NCBI GenBank assembly: GCA_964599375.1
Contig: CAZREW010000006.1
Location: 28,285-92,284, forward strand
DNA: 64,000 nucleotides
Source: an uncultured bacterium
Lineage (GTDB): Bacteria > Krumholzibacteriota > Krumholzibacteriia > Krumholzibacteriales > Krumholzibacteriaceae
Reading direction: 5' to 3'
Shown here: positions 9,258 to 17,097 of the stretch, one piece after another
Layout of the letters: every line of letters begins with the position of its first letter
How positions within the stretch are numbered: position 1 is the first letter of the stretch
Made by a program: the position numbers and the translations under genes
Notes under the pieces: model-generated
Database searches by the model: none
Seen by the model: only the letters and a program-made list of their open reading frames with translations
Told to the model about the DNA's origin: nothing

Positions 9258-10477
9258 TCCAGCGTCTCCCTTATCTTCTTCTCAGCCGCGTCGAGGGCCT
9301 CCTCCATCCTCGAGGGATCTCCCCCTCCGCCCTGAGCGAAGTCCTTCCCGCCCCCTCCCTTCCCGCCGATCACCGCGGCGGCTTCCCTTAGGGCCGAGCT
9401 CATATCCGCGGGTATCGACGGCTCGCAAGCGAATACCAGCCCGGGAGCCGGCGAGACTATGCCGAAAAGGACGATGTTCTTCCCCGATTCCCTTATCTTC
9501 GACGCCATCTCCCTGACCTCGACCGCGCTGCCCTGCTCGAAGACCTTGCGCACCAGCGCGAATCCGCCGATCTCTCCGGCCGGCTTGCTGATCTCCGCCG
9601 CCCTGAACCCGGCCAGCTCGCGCAAGAGGGCATCGCGCTCTCTGCGCAGCGACTTGTTCTCAGAGACGAGCTTCTCGACTATGTTTCCCAGCTCGCGCCA
9701 GTCAGTGCTCATCCCGCCGCCCAGAGCGGCGAGCAAGGCGTGCTTTTCGCCATAATCGCCGAGTGCCCTGCCGCCGCAGAGGAACTCTACCCTGGTGCCC
9801 CCACGGACATTCTCGGTGCCTGTTATCTTTATGATCCCGACCATCCCCGTCGAGAGGCAGTGCGTGCCGCAACAGGTCGAGCTGTCTGTGTCCTCGATCT
9901 CTACTATCCGGATGCTTCCGACACCGTCGGGAAGCCTCGACCTGACGGCGTCCCCGCTCTCTTTCGCCGACTCGTACTCGTCACGGGTTATGATCCTGGC
10001 CTCTACAGGAAGGTCCTGGAAGACGACCGCGTTCGCTTCTCTCTCGGCCTTCGCTATCGTCTCGTCCGTGACCCTGCCGCTGAGGTCTATAGTGCTCGCC
10101 TTCTCCCCGAGGTGGAATCCGACGGTCATCAGGCCTCCGAGCGAGACGAAGACGCGGGAGAGTATATGCTGCCCTGTATGCTGCTGCATGTGGTCGAAGC
10201 GCCTCGCCATGTCGACGTGTCCGTTGATCTCGTCACCGACTTCCAGAGCCCCCCTGACCAGATGGCATACACCGGGCCCTTCCTCGCTGACCGCCTCGAC
10301 CTTGAATCCCCCGAGCGTCCCGCGGTCGTCCGGCTGGCCGCCGGACTCGGGATAGAAGAGTGTCCTGTCGAGCCACACCTTCCGCGCTCCGTCCCCCGCG
10401 TCCTCGACCTTCGTCACCCTGGCCGTGAACTCACCGAGCAGAGGATCGGACAGATATCCCCGCTGCATTTCATCCAT
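9254..10477 (-). CDS. Alanyl-tRNA editing protein AlaX-L type (AlaRS second additional domain + DHHA1-like C-terminus)
   Basis: Zinc-binding editing motifs HTGQH (HxxxH) and CCGTHC (CxxxH) characteristic of the AlaRS/ThrRS editing domain. Size of 407 aa fits AlaX-L. Confidence 0.7.
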   Translation of the reverse strand: MDEMQRGYLSDPLLGEFTARVTKVEDAGDGARKVWLDRTLFYPESGGQPDDRGTLGGFKVEAVSEEGPGVCHLVRGALEVGDEINGHVDMARRFDHMQQHTGQHILSRVFVSLGGLMTVGFHLGEKASTIDLSGRVTDETIAKAEREANAVVFQDLPVEARIITRDEYESAKESGDAVRSRLPDGVGSIRIVEIEDTDSSTCCGTHCLSTGMVGIIKITGTENVRGGTRVEFLCGGRALGDYGEKHALLAALGGGMSTDWRELGNIVEKLVSENKSLRRERDALLRELAGFRAAEISKPAGEIGGFALVRKVFEQGSAVEVREMASKIRESGKNIVLFGIVSPAPGLVFACEPSIPADMSSALREAAAVIGGKGGGGKDFAQGGGGDPSRMEEALDAAEKKIRETLE

Positions 10478-10512
10478 GCCGTTTCACCTTTGAGAAGACA
10501 GTGAGACAGCGG

Positions 10513-11034
10513 TCAACGATAGAGCCAGAAGCCTAGTATCGCCGCCACCGCTATCGTGTATATCGGATGCACCTTGAGGTACAGGACCACAACGAAGGCT
10601 GCCAGGGCTATGATGAAGGTATCCCACGAGTAGACCGCTTTCGGGGCGAGTTGGGCCACGGTGACCAGGAGCAGCGCGATGACTACCGGACGCACTCCGC
10701 GGACGATGCTCTGCACCGCGGTCAGGTGCTTGTACTTGTAGTAGAGGATGGTGAAGATGACGATGAGGATGCTCGAGGGCAGAAGCATCGCGGTCAGCGC
10801 AACGAAAGCTCCCCAGGGCCCTCCGACCTGCAGCCCGACGCTAATGGCCATCTTCGTAGCTATCGGGCCGGGCAGCGTGTTCGCCATCGCGATGACGTCG
10901 ATGAACTGCTCGCTGGTCAGCCACCCGTAGTTGTCCACGACCTCCTTTTGTATCAGAGGCAGCATCGAGGGCCCGCCTCCGTAGGCGAAGAGCCCGACGC
11001 GAAGGAAAGCCATGAAAAGAGAGAGATACATCAA
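10513..11034 (-). CDS. chrA: Chromate transporter ChrA short-form (single half-size homolog)
   Basis: 173 aa, 4-5 TM. Motifs FAYGGGPSMLPL and NTLPGPIATK typical of the CHR family. Only one copy present, although short ChrA genes usually come in pairs. Confidence 0.65.
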   Translation of the reverse strand: MMYLSLFMAFLRVGLFAYGGGPSMLPLIQKEVVDNYGWLTSEQFIDVIAMANTLPGPIATKMAISVGLQVGGPWGAFVALTAMLLPSSILIVIFTILYYKYKHLTAVQSIVRGVRPVVIALLLVTVAQLAPKAVYSWDTFIIALAAFVVVLYLKVHPIYTIAVAAILGFWLYR

Positions 11035-11221
11035 GTCCGCCTCTGAGAAATTCCACAGTCGCGGCCCGGGCCGCGACGCGAGGATTTTAAATTAAATCCG
11101 GGGCTCGCCACAACTGAATTATCCACAGCTCCATATCGTGTTGACCGCGGCGCCCGGCGCGATTACTCTCGGAGGAAAGGATCGATCTGGCACTAAACCG
11201 GCAGCCTGCCCAGTGGATCAT

Positions 11222-12526
11222 ATGAAGCAGAAGTACATCATGACAGCGATCGCTCTCCTCGCGTCGGCCATCCTGGCCTCCGCTCCCGCCTCCGCCTACC
11301 GCGGGGACGGACAGCCGATCCTGGGGATCGCCGTCTATGGCAACTACAATATCGACCGCGATCTTGTCGTCAGGCAGTTCGGGCTCGCGGCTGGAGACAC
11401 CTGCATGTACGAAGCGGTCCGGGAAGGCCTCGATCGAGTCATGAGCCTGTCCGGTGTCCGCTACGCCACGTACAAGCTCAACGTAGACAGCGAGGGGCGC
11501 GGCGTTTTCGTATTGCTGATGATCGCGGAGGAGGAGAGGACGTGGACCGTCTATCCGCTTATCAGCAGGAACTTCGCCGACAGGATCGCCTTCGGCGCGG
11601 CGTTCAGCGAGACCAACCTGCGCGGGAGGAACGAGCGGCTCTTCCTCTCGGCGATGGTCAACGGTGCGCTCATACTGGAGGCGAAATGGGTCATACCCCG
11701 CACATTCGGGACCGAGCGGCTCAGCGCGGGGATCGAGGCGGCATACAGGGGTTATAGATGGCCGTACCCTTCGTTCGAGCAGAAACTCGTCGATGACAGG
11801 ATAAAGTGGTTCGAGGGATACCTTTTCTTAGGCTTCAGGCTCGCCGGCGGACTTTCGATCTTCCTCGAGCCAGGCCTGGAGGTGATCCGCGCGGGCGACC
11901 CGATGCTCGAGCACCAGGGAGAGGGAGACGTTCCGGACGCGCCGAGCGGCACGCTTCTGACAGTCAACACGGGCCTCGTCATTTCGCGCATCGACCAGAA
12001 ATTCTATCCCGAGTCCGGGGTACAGGCCGGCGTATCGGTCAAGAGCTGGGGGATCGTGCAGAACGACCCCGCGTTCTCGAGCACGAGGCTTTCAGCGGAC
12101 GCCGCAGTCTTTCTCGACATCGGCCGGCCGCTTCTCTCGGTCAGCGCGAGGGGCGTGCTCAACGAGGCAGGCATCCCCGCCTACCTCTACGAGCATCTAG
12201 GCGGGACATCCACCATAAGGGGCCACGAGTTCGGCGTCTTCTACGGAGAGAACAGCGTGCTGATCCGCACCGACCTGCGGGTGCCGCTCAACTTCAGGGA
12301 TATCTCCGAGCTCGGCAATCCGATGATCCTCGTCGATATGAGCGTGTTCGTCGACACTGGCGCCGTCTGGGACGGCGGCGAGACGCTGACCACCGAGCTC
12401 TTCTACAGCGGCGCGGGGCTCGCGATGAGCTTTATCGTCAAGGAGGGCTGGCTGCTCAAGTTCGGATACTCCTGGCCGATGGACCCCGACGGCAGGTTCT
12501 TCTTCGATATCGGCACGATGTTCTGA
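11222..12526 (+). CDS. Omp85/ShlB-family outer-membrane beta-barrel protein with POTRA domain
   Basis: Signal peptide MKQKYIMTAIALLASAILASAPASA, POTRA-like segment, long beta-strand-rich C-terminus ending in an aromatic residue (GTMF). Confidence 0.55.
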   Translation: MKQKYIMTAIALLASAILASAPASAYRGDGQPILGIAVYGNYNIDRDLVVRQFGLAAGDTCMYEAVREGLDRVMSLSGVRYATYKLNVDSEGRGVFVLLMIAEEERTWTVYPLISRNFADRIAFGAAFSETNLRGRNERLFLSAMVNGALILEAKWVIPRTFGTERLSAGIEAAYRGYRWPYPSFEQKLVDDRIKWFEGYLFLGFRLAGGLSIFLEPGLEVIRAGDPMLEHQGEGDVPDAPSGTLLTVNTGLVISRIDQKFYPESGVQAGVSVKSWGIVQNDPAFSSTRLSADAAVFLDIGRPLLSVSARGVLNEAGIPAYLYEHLGGTSTIRGHEFGVFYGENSVLIRTDLRVPLNFRDISELGNPMILVDMSVFVDTGAVWDGGETLTTELFYSGAGLAMSFIVKEGWLLKFGYSWPMDPDGRFFFDIGTMF

Positions 12527-12580
12527 GATCCCCGGGATCGATATCCGCCGCGGCGTTCAGCCCGTCGGCCGCATCCCCGT

Positions 12581-13237
12581 TCACATCCCGAAGAAATGCG
12601 CGAAAGCGGCCATCGCCCCCCCCGCGGCCAGCGGCACTATGATGTTGTCGTCGAGGTAAGGTATGTCGAGCATCTCGGCGACGGCTCCCGCCAGCGCGCC
12701 CACTGCCGCGAGATGGAAGGATCTCACGAAGATGAATATCAGGCAGAACGCCAGGGCGGCGTTGGCAAGGCCTCCCTCGACGCTCTTCCCGCCGATCCTG
12801 AGCTTCCCGTATCTGCGCCCTACTATCGCGGCGATCGGATCGCCGGCCGCGAGGCTGATCACACCCCCGATAGCGGCGTACACGGGGAATACCAGGACGC
12901 AGAGCAGAAGCGAGGCGGCGTAATAGAGCGAGGTCGTAGGCCCCTTTTTCTCCTTCTCGGAGGTGAGAAAGCCGAGATGTTTCCAGAAGAGGCGCTTGCC
13001 CCTGCGGCTGAAATAGCGGACGAGATCGACCGTGAGCATCAGCGCGAGCCCGGCCGAGAGGATCAGGATGGCCCAGATCTTTGACGAGTCGAAGATGACC
13101 AGAGCGCCCACGACCAGGATCCCGCCGCTGAAGTGCCAGAGCTTGCGATGATAGTTGGCGTGCTTGCCCGGCTCAGGTCCTCCTTCGGGCTCACCGCATC
13201 CATCGGCCCAGTTGTTTCTATCGTACCCGTCTTTCAT
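12581..13237 (-). CDS. CTP-transferase superfamily membrane protein (CdsA/dolichol kinase/phytol kinase-like)
   Basis: Multi-TM protein with GDPIAAIVGRRYGK...KSVEGGLANAAL, matching the GDxxAxxxGxxxGxxK...KSxEG signature of that superfamily. Confidence 0.5.
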   Translation of the reverse strand: MKDGYDRNNWADGCGEPEGGPEPGKHANYHRKLWHFSGGILVVGALVIFDSSKIWAILILSAGLALMLTVDLVRYFSRRGKRLFWKHLGFLTSEKEKKGPTTSLYYAASLLLCVLVFPVYAAIGGVISLAAGDPIAAIVGRRYGKLRIGGKSVEGGLANAALAFCLIFIFVRSFHLAAVGALAGAVAEMLDIPYLDDNIIVPLAAGGAMAAFAHFFGM

Positions 13238-13361
13238 CAGTCTGTGCCCGCTCCTCTGTCACAGCCGGACCACGCGTCCCTCCATGACTATATATGCCCT
13301 CAGGCGCGCTTTCTCAACAAGTTGTTGCAGACCGAATACTAAAATGAGCTCACGGAGGGTA

Positions 13362-13391
13362 TTGACCTTGACCTTCTGTTTCTGCTACAAT
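13362..13391 (+). promoter_or_regulatory. Candidate sigma-70 promoter (TTGACC-N18-TACAAT) for the 13459 gene
   Basis: Read directly from the sequence. Lies ~70 nt upstream of the start codon. Confidence 0.35.
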
Positions 13392-13458
13392 CTAATGTAG
13401 TTACATGAATTGCTAAATAAGCTGGCTTTTTTTACCCTTTATACAAGGCAGGAAACAT

Positions 13459-14286
13459 ATGAGGCGCAAAGCTCTTGCACTGCTGTTAGTGCTGTCGGCC
13501 CTGACGGCATCTTCCTCAGTCCTCGCGGTAGGCCCCGACCCGCTGGAGGCTACCGCAGATTGTGACAAGTGGGCATTCGGCGGCACGATGCACTTCGGGA
13601 CATGGGACTACGCGGGCTATGACTTCACAGTCGAATTGTTCCGGGGCGATGAAGTCGTATATACCTATTCAGAGACAGGCACCCTCTATCTCGCAGACGG
13701 GATGGAATTCATGTTCAACGGGGAATGGGACATGGATCTCTGCGGCGAATACAGGATGTTCGTAACCTTCCTGTGGGACGGAGAATATGGAGTCGGAGGC
13801 AAGCATGCCGAGTATCTGTTCTCCTGCGACTGCGCTCCCGCCTGCCCCCACCCGCCGGTTTTCTGGATGAACCACCAGGACATGTGGCCTGCAGATGAGT
13901 TGACCGTCGGTTGCGAGGATTACTCGAAGGATGACCTCGTAAGGATAATGCGCTGCAAGCCTCGTGGCGATATTACGGTATCTCTATTCCGTCAACTCGT
14001 AGCGGCCAAGCTCAACGTCCTGAATGGCGCTGACGACTCCATCGAGGAGTGGGTCTCCGCTGGTGACGACTTCCTCTGCAAGCACCCTCTTAGAAGCAAG
14101 CCGAAGTGCAAGGTCAGGAAGAAGGCTGTAATTATCTGGACCCACCTGGTCGTCTACAACTGGCTCCCGTGCGACAGCGCGGTGTCAGGGGCCTTGTTCT
14201 CGATCGAAGGTTCCGCTTCGGCAGAAAACGCTGAGGCCGCCGTGGAAGAGACTTCCTGGGGTTCGATCAAGAAGATGCACAGGTAG
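13459..14286 (+). CDS. Secreted hypothetical protein (Cys-rich) with C-terminal SWGSIKKMHR tail
   Basis: Signal peptide MRRKALALLLVLSALTASSSVLA. No recognisable domain. Shares its C-terminal motif with the 16244 protein. Confidence 0.6.
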   Translation: MRRKALALLLVLSALTASSSVLAVGPDPLEATADCDKWAFGGTMHFGTWDYAGYDFTVELFRGDEVVYTYSETGTLYLADGMEFMFNGEWDMDLCGEYRMFVTFLWDGEYGVGGKHAEYLFSCDCAPACPHPPVFWMNHQDMWPADELTVGCEDYSKDDLVRIMRCKPRGDITVSLFRQLVAAKLNVLNGADDSIEEWVSAGDDFLCKHPLRSKPKCKVRKKAVIIWTHLVVYNWLPCDSAVSGALFSIEGSASAENAEAAVEETSWGSIKKMHR

Positions 14287-14313
14287 CATTCATCGGACCG
14301 AAAGCCTCTAGAG

Positions 14314-14346
14314 AAAAGGAGCGCTCACACGAGCGCTCCTTTTTTG
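14314..14346. terminator. Bidirectional intrinsic terminator between convergent genes
   Basis: AAAAGGAGCGCTC-ACAC-GAGCGCTCCTTTTTT: perfect 9-bp stem flanked by an A-run and a T-run. Confidence 0.8.
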
Positions 14347-14396
14347 TCCGTGCCCGAGCCGGGGACGAATACCGCGGCTCTTCTGGCTGGGGATCA

Positions 14397-15983
14397 TCAG
14401 CGCCGCCGCCGCGACAAGATGACCCACACGGCTGTCAGGCCGAGGTCAAGCGCTGCCATCCCGAGGAATATCTTCTGCCCGTACCTGGTGTAGGGAGTCA
14501 TCGACGACAAAGTATAGACCGGGACTAGAAGTATCCCCTCGGTGTCGAGTCCGATTGACTCGACAACCCGCCCGGCCGGGTCGATAAACATCGATACGCC
14601 CGTATTGGCGGCGCGCAACACCGTCACCCCGTTCTCGATCGCCCTCTCGATGGCCGACTCGCTGTGCTGCAGGGGCCCCCGTGCTCCGCCGAACCAGCCG
14701 TCGTTGGTGATGTTGACAAGAAAATCCGCCCCGAGCCTCACGTATTCGCGCGCGTAGCCGGAGAATGTCGACTCGAAGCATATAAGCGCGCCGAACTTCC
14801 CGACGGGGGATTCGAAGATCGTCTGGTGCTCTCCACGCTTGAAGTTCGCCTGGCCGAAATCCATACGTTCGAGGAACGGGAACCAGCCGCTGAAAGGCAC
14901 TCTCTCCCCGAACTGCAGGAGATTGATCTTGTCGTACTGCTGGACCAACTCGCCGTTCCGGCCGAACATGCCCGACGAATTGAACGAGCGCCAATTCTCG
15001 CCTTCCTTGATGTGCCTGACGTACCCGATGTAGACGTCGACCCCGGCATCTTCGGCGATGCTTTTCATCCATTCCCTGTACTTGCGGCTGTGGCTCATCG
15101 AAACGGGCGCCGCAGTCTCGGGGAATATCACCAGCTCTGCGCCGAGCGCGGCCGCCCTTCTGGTCAGTTCCTCTATCTCGCCGAATATCGTATCCCTGTA
15201 GACGGGCTGCCATTTCAGGGCAAGGTCGAGGTCGGGCTGGACGATCGCGACATCGGCCGGCCGGTCGACCGCCCCGATCTCCATATCGATCCGCTGGATC
15301 CTGAGATATCCTCCGGTGAGTGTGCCCGCGACCAGGAGTACAAGAAGCAGCGCCGCCTGCACTCTCCTGCTACGCTCCCTGATAAAAAGCGCAGAGGCGA
15401 TGAGCAGGTTCGCAGTGACTATCAGCATCCCGAACCCAAACGGCCCGGTTGCAAAGAGGCCCTGCGAAGCTATCGGGTACTTGATAAGCGTCCCCGAGAT
15501 GATCCCCCAGGAGAAAGCAAGCTCCCCGCTCGATCTCAGGTACTCCGCCAGGGCCCAGAATGCCGGTGCGGCCAGCAGCGCTTTCCTGCCTATGCGCCCG
15601 TGCAAGGCCGCCAGGGCAAGTGTAAAGAGCCCCGTGTAAAGGCCGAGATACATGACGAGCAGGATCAGTCCGGGGATCAGCACCCACCTGAGGCTGATGC
15701 TCGATGCGGGGATGAGGTTGGTGACCCAGAAGAGCAGCATGAGGAAGAACGCCATCCCGAACATCCACCCGGTCACAAAACCCCTCCGAAGGCGGCCCTT
15801 ATTCCCCTCGTATGAGGGAAAAACGACGAGGAAATACCGGAAGACGGGGACAAGCGCAACGAGGGAGAGCAGCCTTGTCGGATAAGGGGGAAAGGAAAGA
15901 GCCATCAGGAAGCCGCCGAGGACTCCCGCGAAGATCTCCTCCCGCCACCGCGTCAGGAACGACTGTGCTCCGGGACCTTTCAA
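14397..15983 (-). CDS. lnt: Apolipoprotein N-acyltransferase
   Basis: N-terminal multi-TM region plus C-terminal CN-hydrolase domain (ELVIFPETA, ICFEST). 528 aa. Confidence 0.85.
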   Translation of the reverse strand: MKGPGAQSFLTRWREEIFAGVLGGFLMALSFPPYPTRLLSLVALVPVFRYFLVVFPSYEGNKGRLRRGFVTGWMFGMAFFLMLLFWVTNLIPASSISLRWVLIPGLILLVMYLGLYTGLFTLALAALHGRIGRKALLAAPAFWALAEYLRSSGELAFSWGIISGTLIKYPIASQGLFATGPFGFGMLIVTANLLIASALFIRERSRRVQAALLLVLLVAGTLTGGYLRIQRIDMEIGAVDRPADVAIVQPDLDLALKWQPVYRDTIFGEIEELTRRAAALGAELVIFPETAAPVSMSHSRKYREWMKSIAEDAGVDVYIGYVRHIKEGENWRSFNSSGMFGRNGELVQQYDKINLLQFGERVPFSGWFPFLERMDFGQANFKRGEHQTIFESPVGKFGALICFESTFSGYAREYVRLGADFLVNITNDGWFGGARGPLQHSESAIERAIENGVTVLRAANTGVSMFIDPAGRVVESIGLDTEGILLVPVYTLSSMTPYTRYGQKIFLGMAALDLGLTAVWVILSRRRR

Positions 15984-16146
15984 TCCGCCTCCATCTCAGC
16001 ATACATTCATCTTCAAGCCCTGGTAAGATACGAGCGGGAGTATATACGACACTGCCTTGACGGACAACTGTTACACGTCCCCGGTCGGCGATTTCCCGCT
16101 GATATCCTGCCTCGTCAGGACTGTCAAATACCGATTACAATAATCA

Positions 16147-16175
16147 TTGTAAATTGATACGAATTATGATACAAT
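16147..16175 (+). promoter_or_regulatory. Candidate sigma-70 promoter (TTGTAA-N17-TACAAT)
   Basis: Read from the sequence, ~70 nt upstream of ATG 16244. Confidence 0.4.
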
Positions 16176-16243
16176 GCCTTTGTATCAGACCGGCACAGCG
16201 GCTATGCCGGATATGTTACTTATGCTTATTGGAGGGGAAGAGA

Positions 16244-16921
16244 ATGAAGGACTGCTTAAGGTTTCTCGCCGTAGTTCTTATCCTGTCGTTCGCCGGCGCC
16301 GCAAGCGCTGATCCGTGCCTAGTAGTGTATCCAGCAGGACCGTGCGAATATCACTACGACACCTCCGAATACTACACGGCAGGTCCCGGAGATCCATACT
16401 ACGACTCCGAGTATGACAGGGGCGGAGAAGTCCTGCTGGAGGTCGGCTCGAACGAGATCGATCTCAGCATCTACCAGGCTCCCATGATCGAGGGATTTGT
16501 TCCCTCGACCGGCGGCAACGAAGGCTATTTCTTCACGGGTACCGATTACGAGCTGATCATCGACGGCTACAGCAACCGCCCCATGACTTACGTGAACATC
16601 CTCGTCGTATTCGACGATTTCGTTCCCGAAGACTGCGTCGCCGAGATCACGGTCGGCGGGATGCCAGTCGTGGGTAACGTCTATGGCGCCGGCGACCTCG
16701 TGGTATCTACCCCGACGCCGGTCGGGAACAAGTACTCCGACACGATGACGATAGATATAGGCTGGCACGGATGCTACGGAGTCCATGTTTGGGCCTACTC
16801 AGACGAGGACTACAGTGGGACCCACGATGGCGGCGAATGCTTCACGGCGTTCTCGCACGACGCGACCATCCCCACGGAGGATTCGACCTGGGGAGCCGTC
16901 AAGTCGCAGTACGATAGATAG
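16244..16921 (+). CDS. Secreted hypothetical protein with C-terminal TWGAVKSQYDR tail
   Basis: Start at MKDCLRFLAVVLILSFAGAASA (GGAGGGGA RBS). Signal peptide. The upstream ORF-track extension has no RBS. Confidence 0.6.
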   Translation: MKDCLRFLAVVLILSFAGAASADPCLVVYPAGPCEYHYDTSEYYTAGPGDPYYDSEYDRGGEVLLEVGSNEIDLSIYQAPMIEGFVPSTGGNEGYFFTGTDYELIIDGYSNRPMTYVNILVVFDDFVPEDCVAEITVGGMPVVGNVYGAGDLVVSTPTPVGNKYSDTMTIDIGWHGCYGVHVWAYSDEDYSGTHDGGECFTAFSHDATIPTEDSTWGAVKSQYDR

Positions 16922-17097
16922 ACAGGCGGCATCTGTCCGCCGGATGACCATACCGTACCGCAGAAGACAGGATCAGTGCGCTGACTCTTGCCGCCCCGTT
17001 CCGCGGTACGGCGTGGCCATCTGATCGATTTGATATCTCAAGCCTTTTCCTATCTCGATAAAGGAATCCGGAGGGAACAGATCAAGGAGCCCCGCCC

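Noticed and set aside
10513-11034. Single short ChrA as something unusual
   Set aside because: Short ChrA homologs normally occur in pairs and only one is present here. This is probably just a divergent arrangement and is not strong enough for a finding.
11188-11202. TGGCAC-N5-cgGC sigma-54-like element upstream of the Omp85-like gene
   Set aside because: The -12 element is weak and the site is only ~20 nt from the start codon, leaving no room for a leader/RBS. Kept only as a note.
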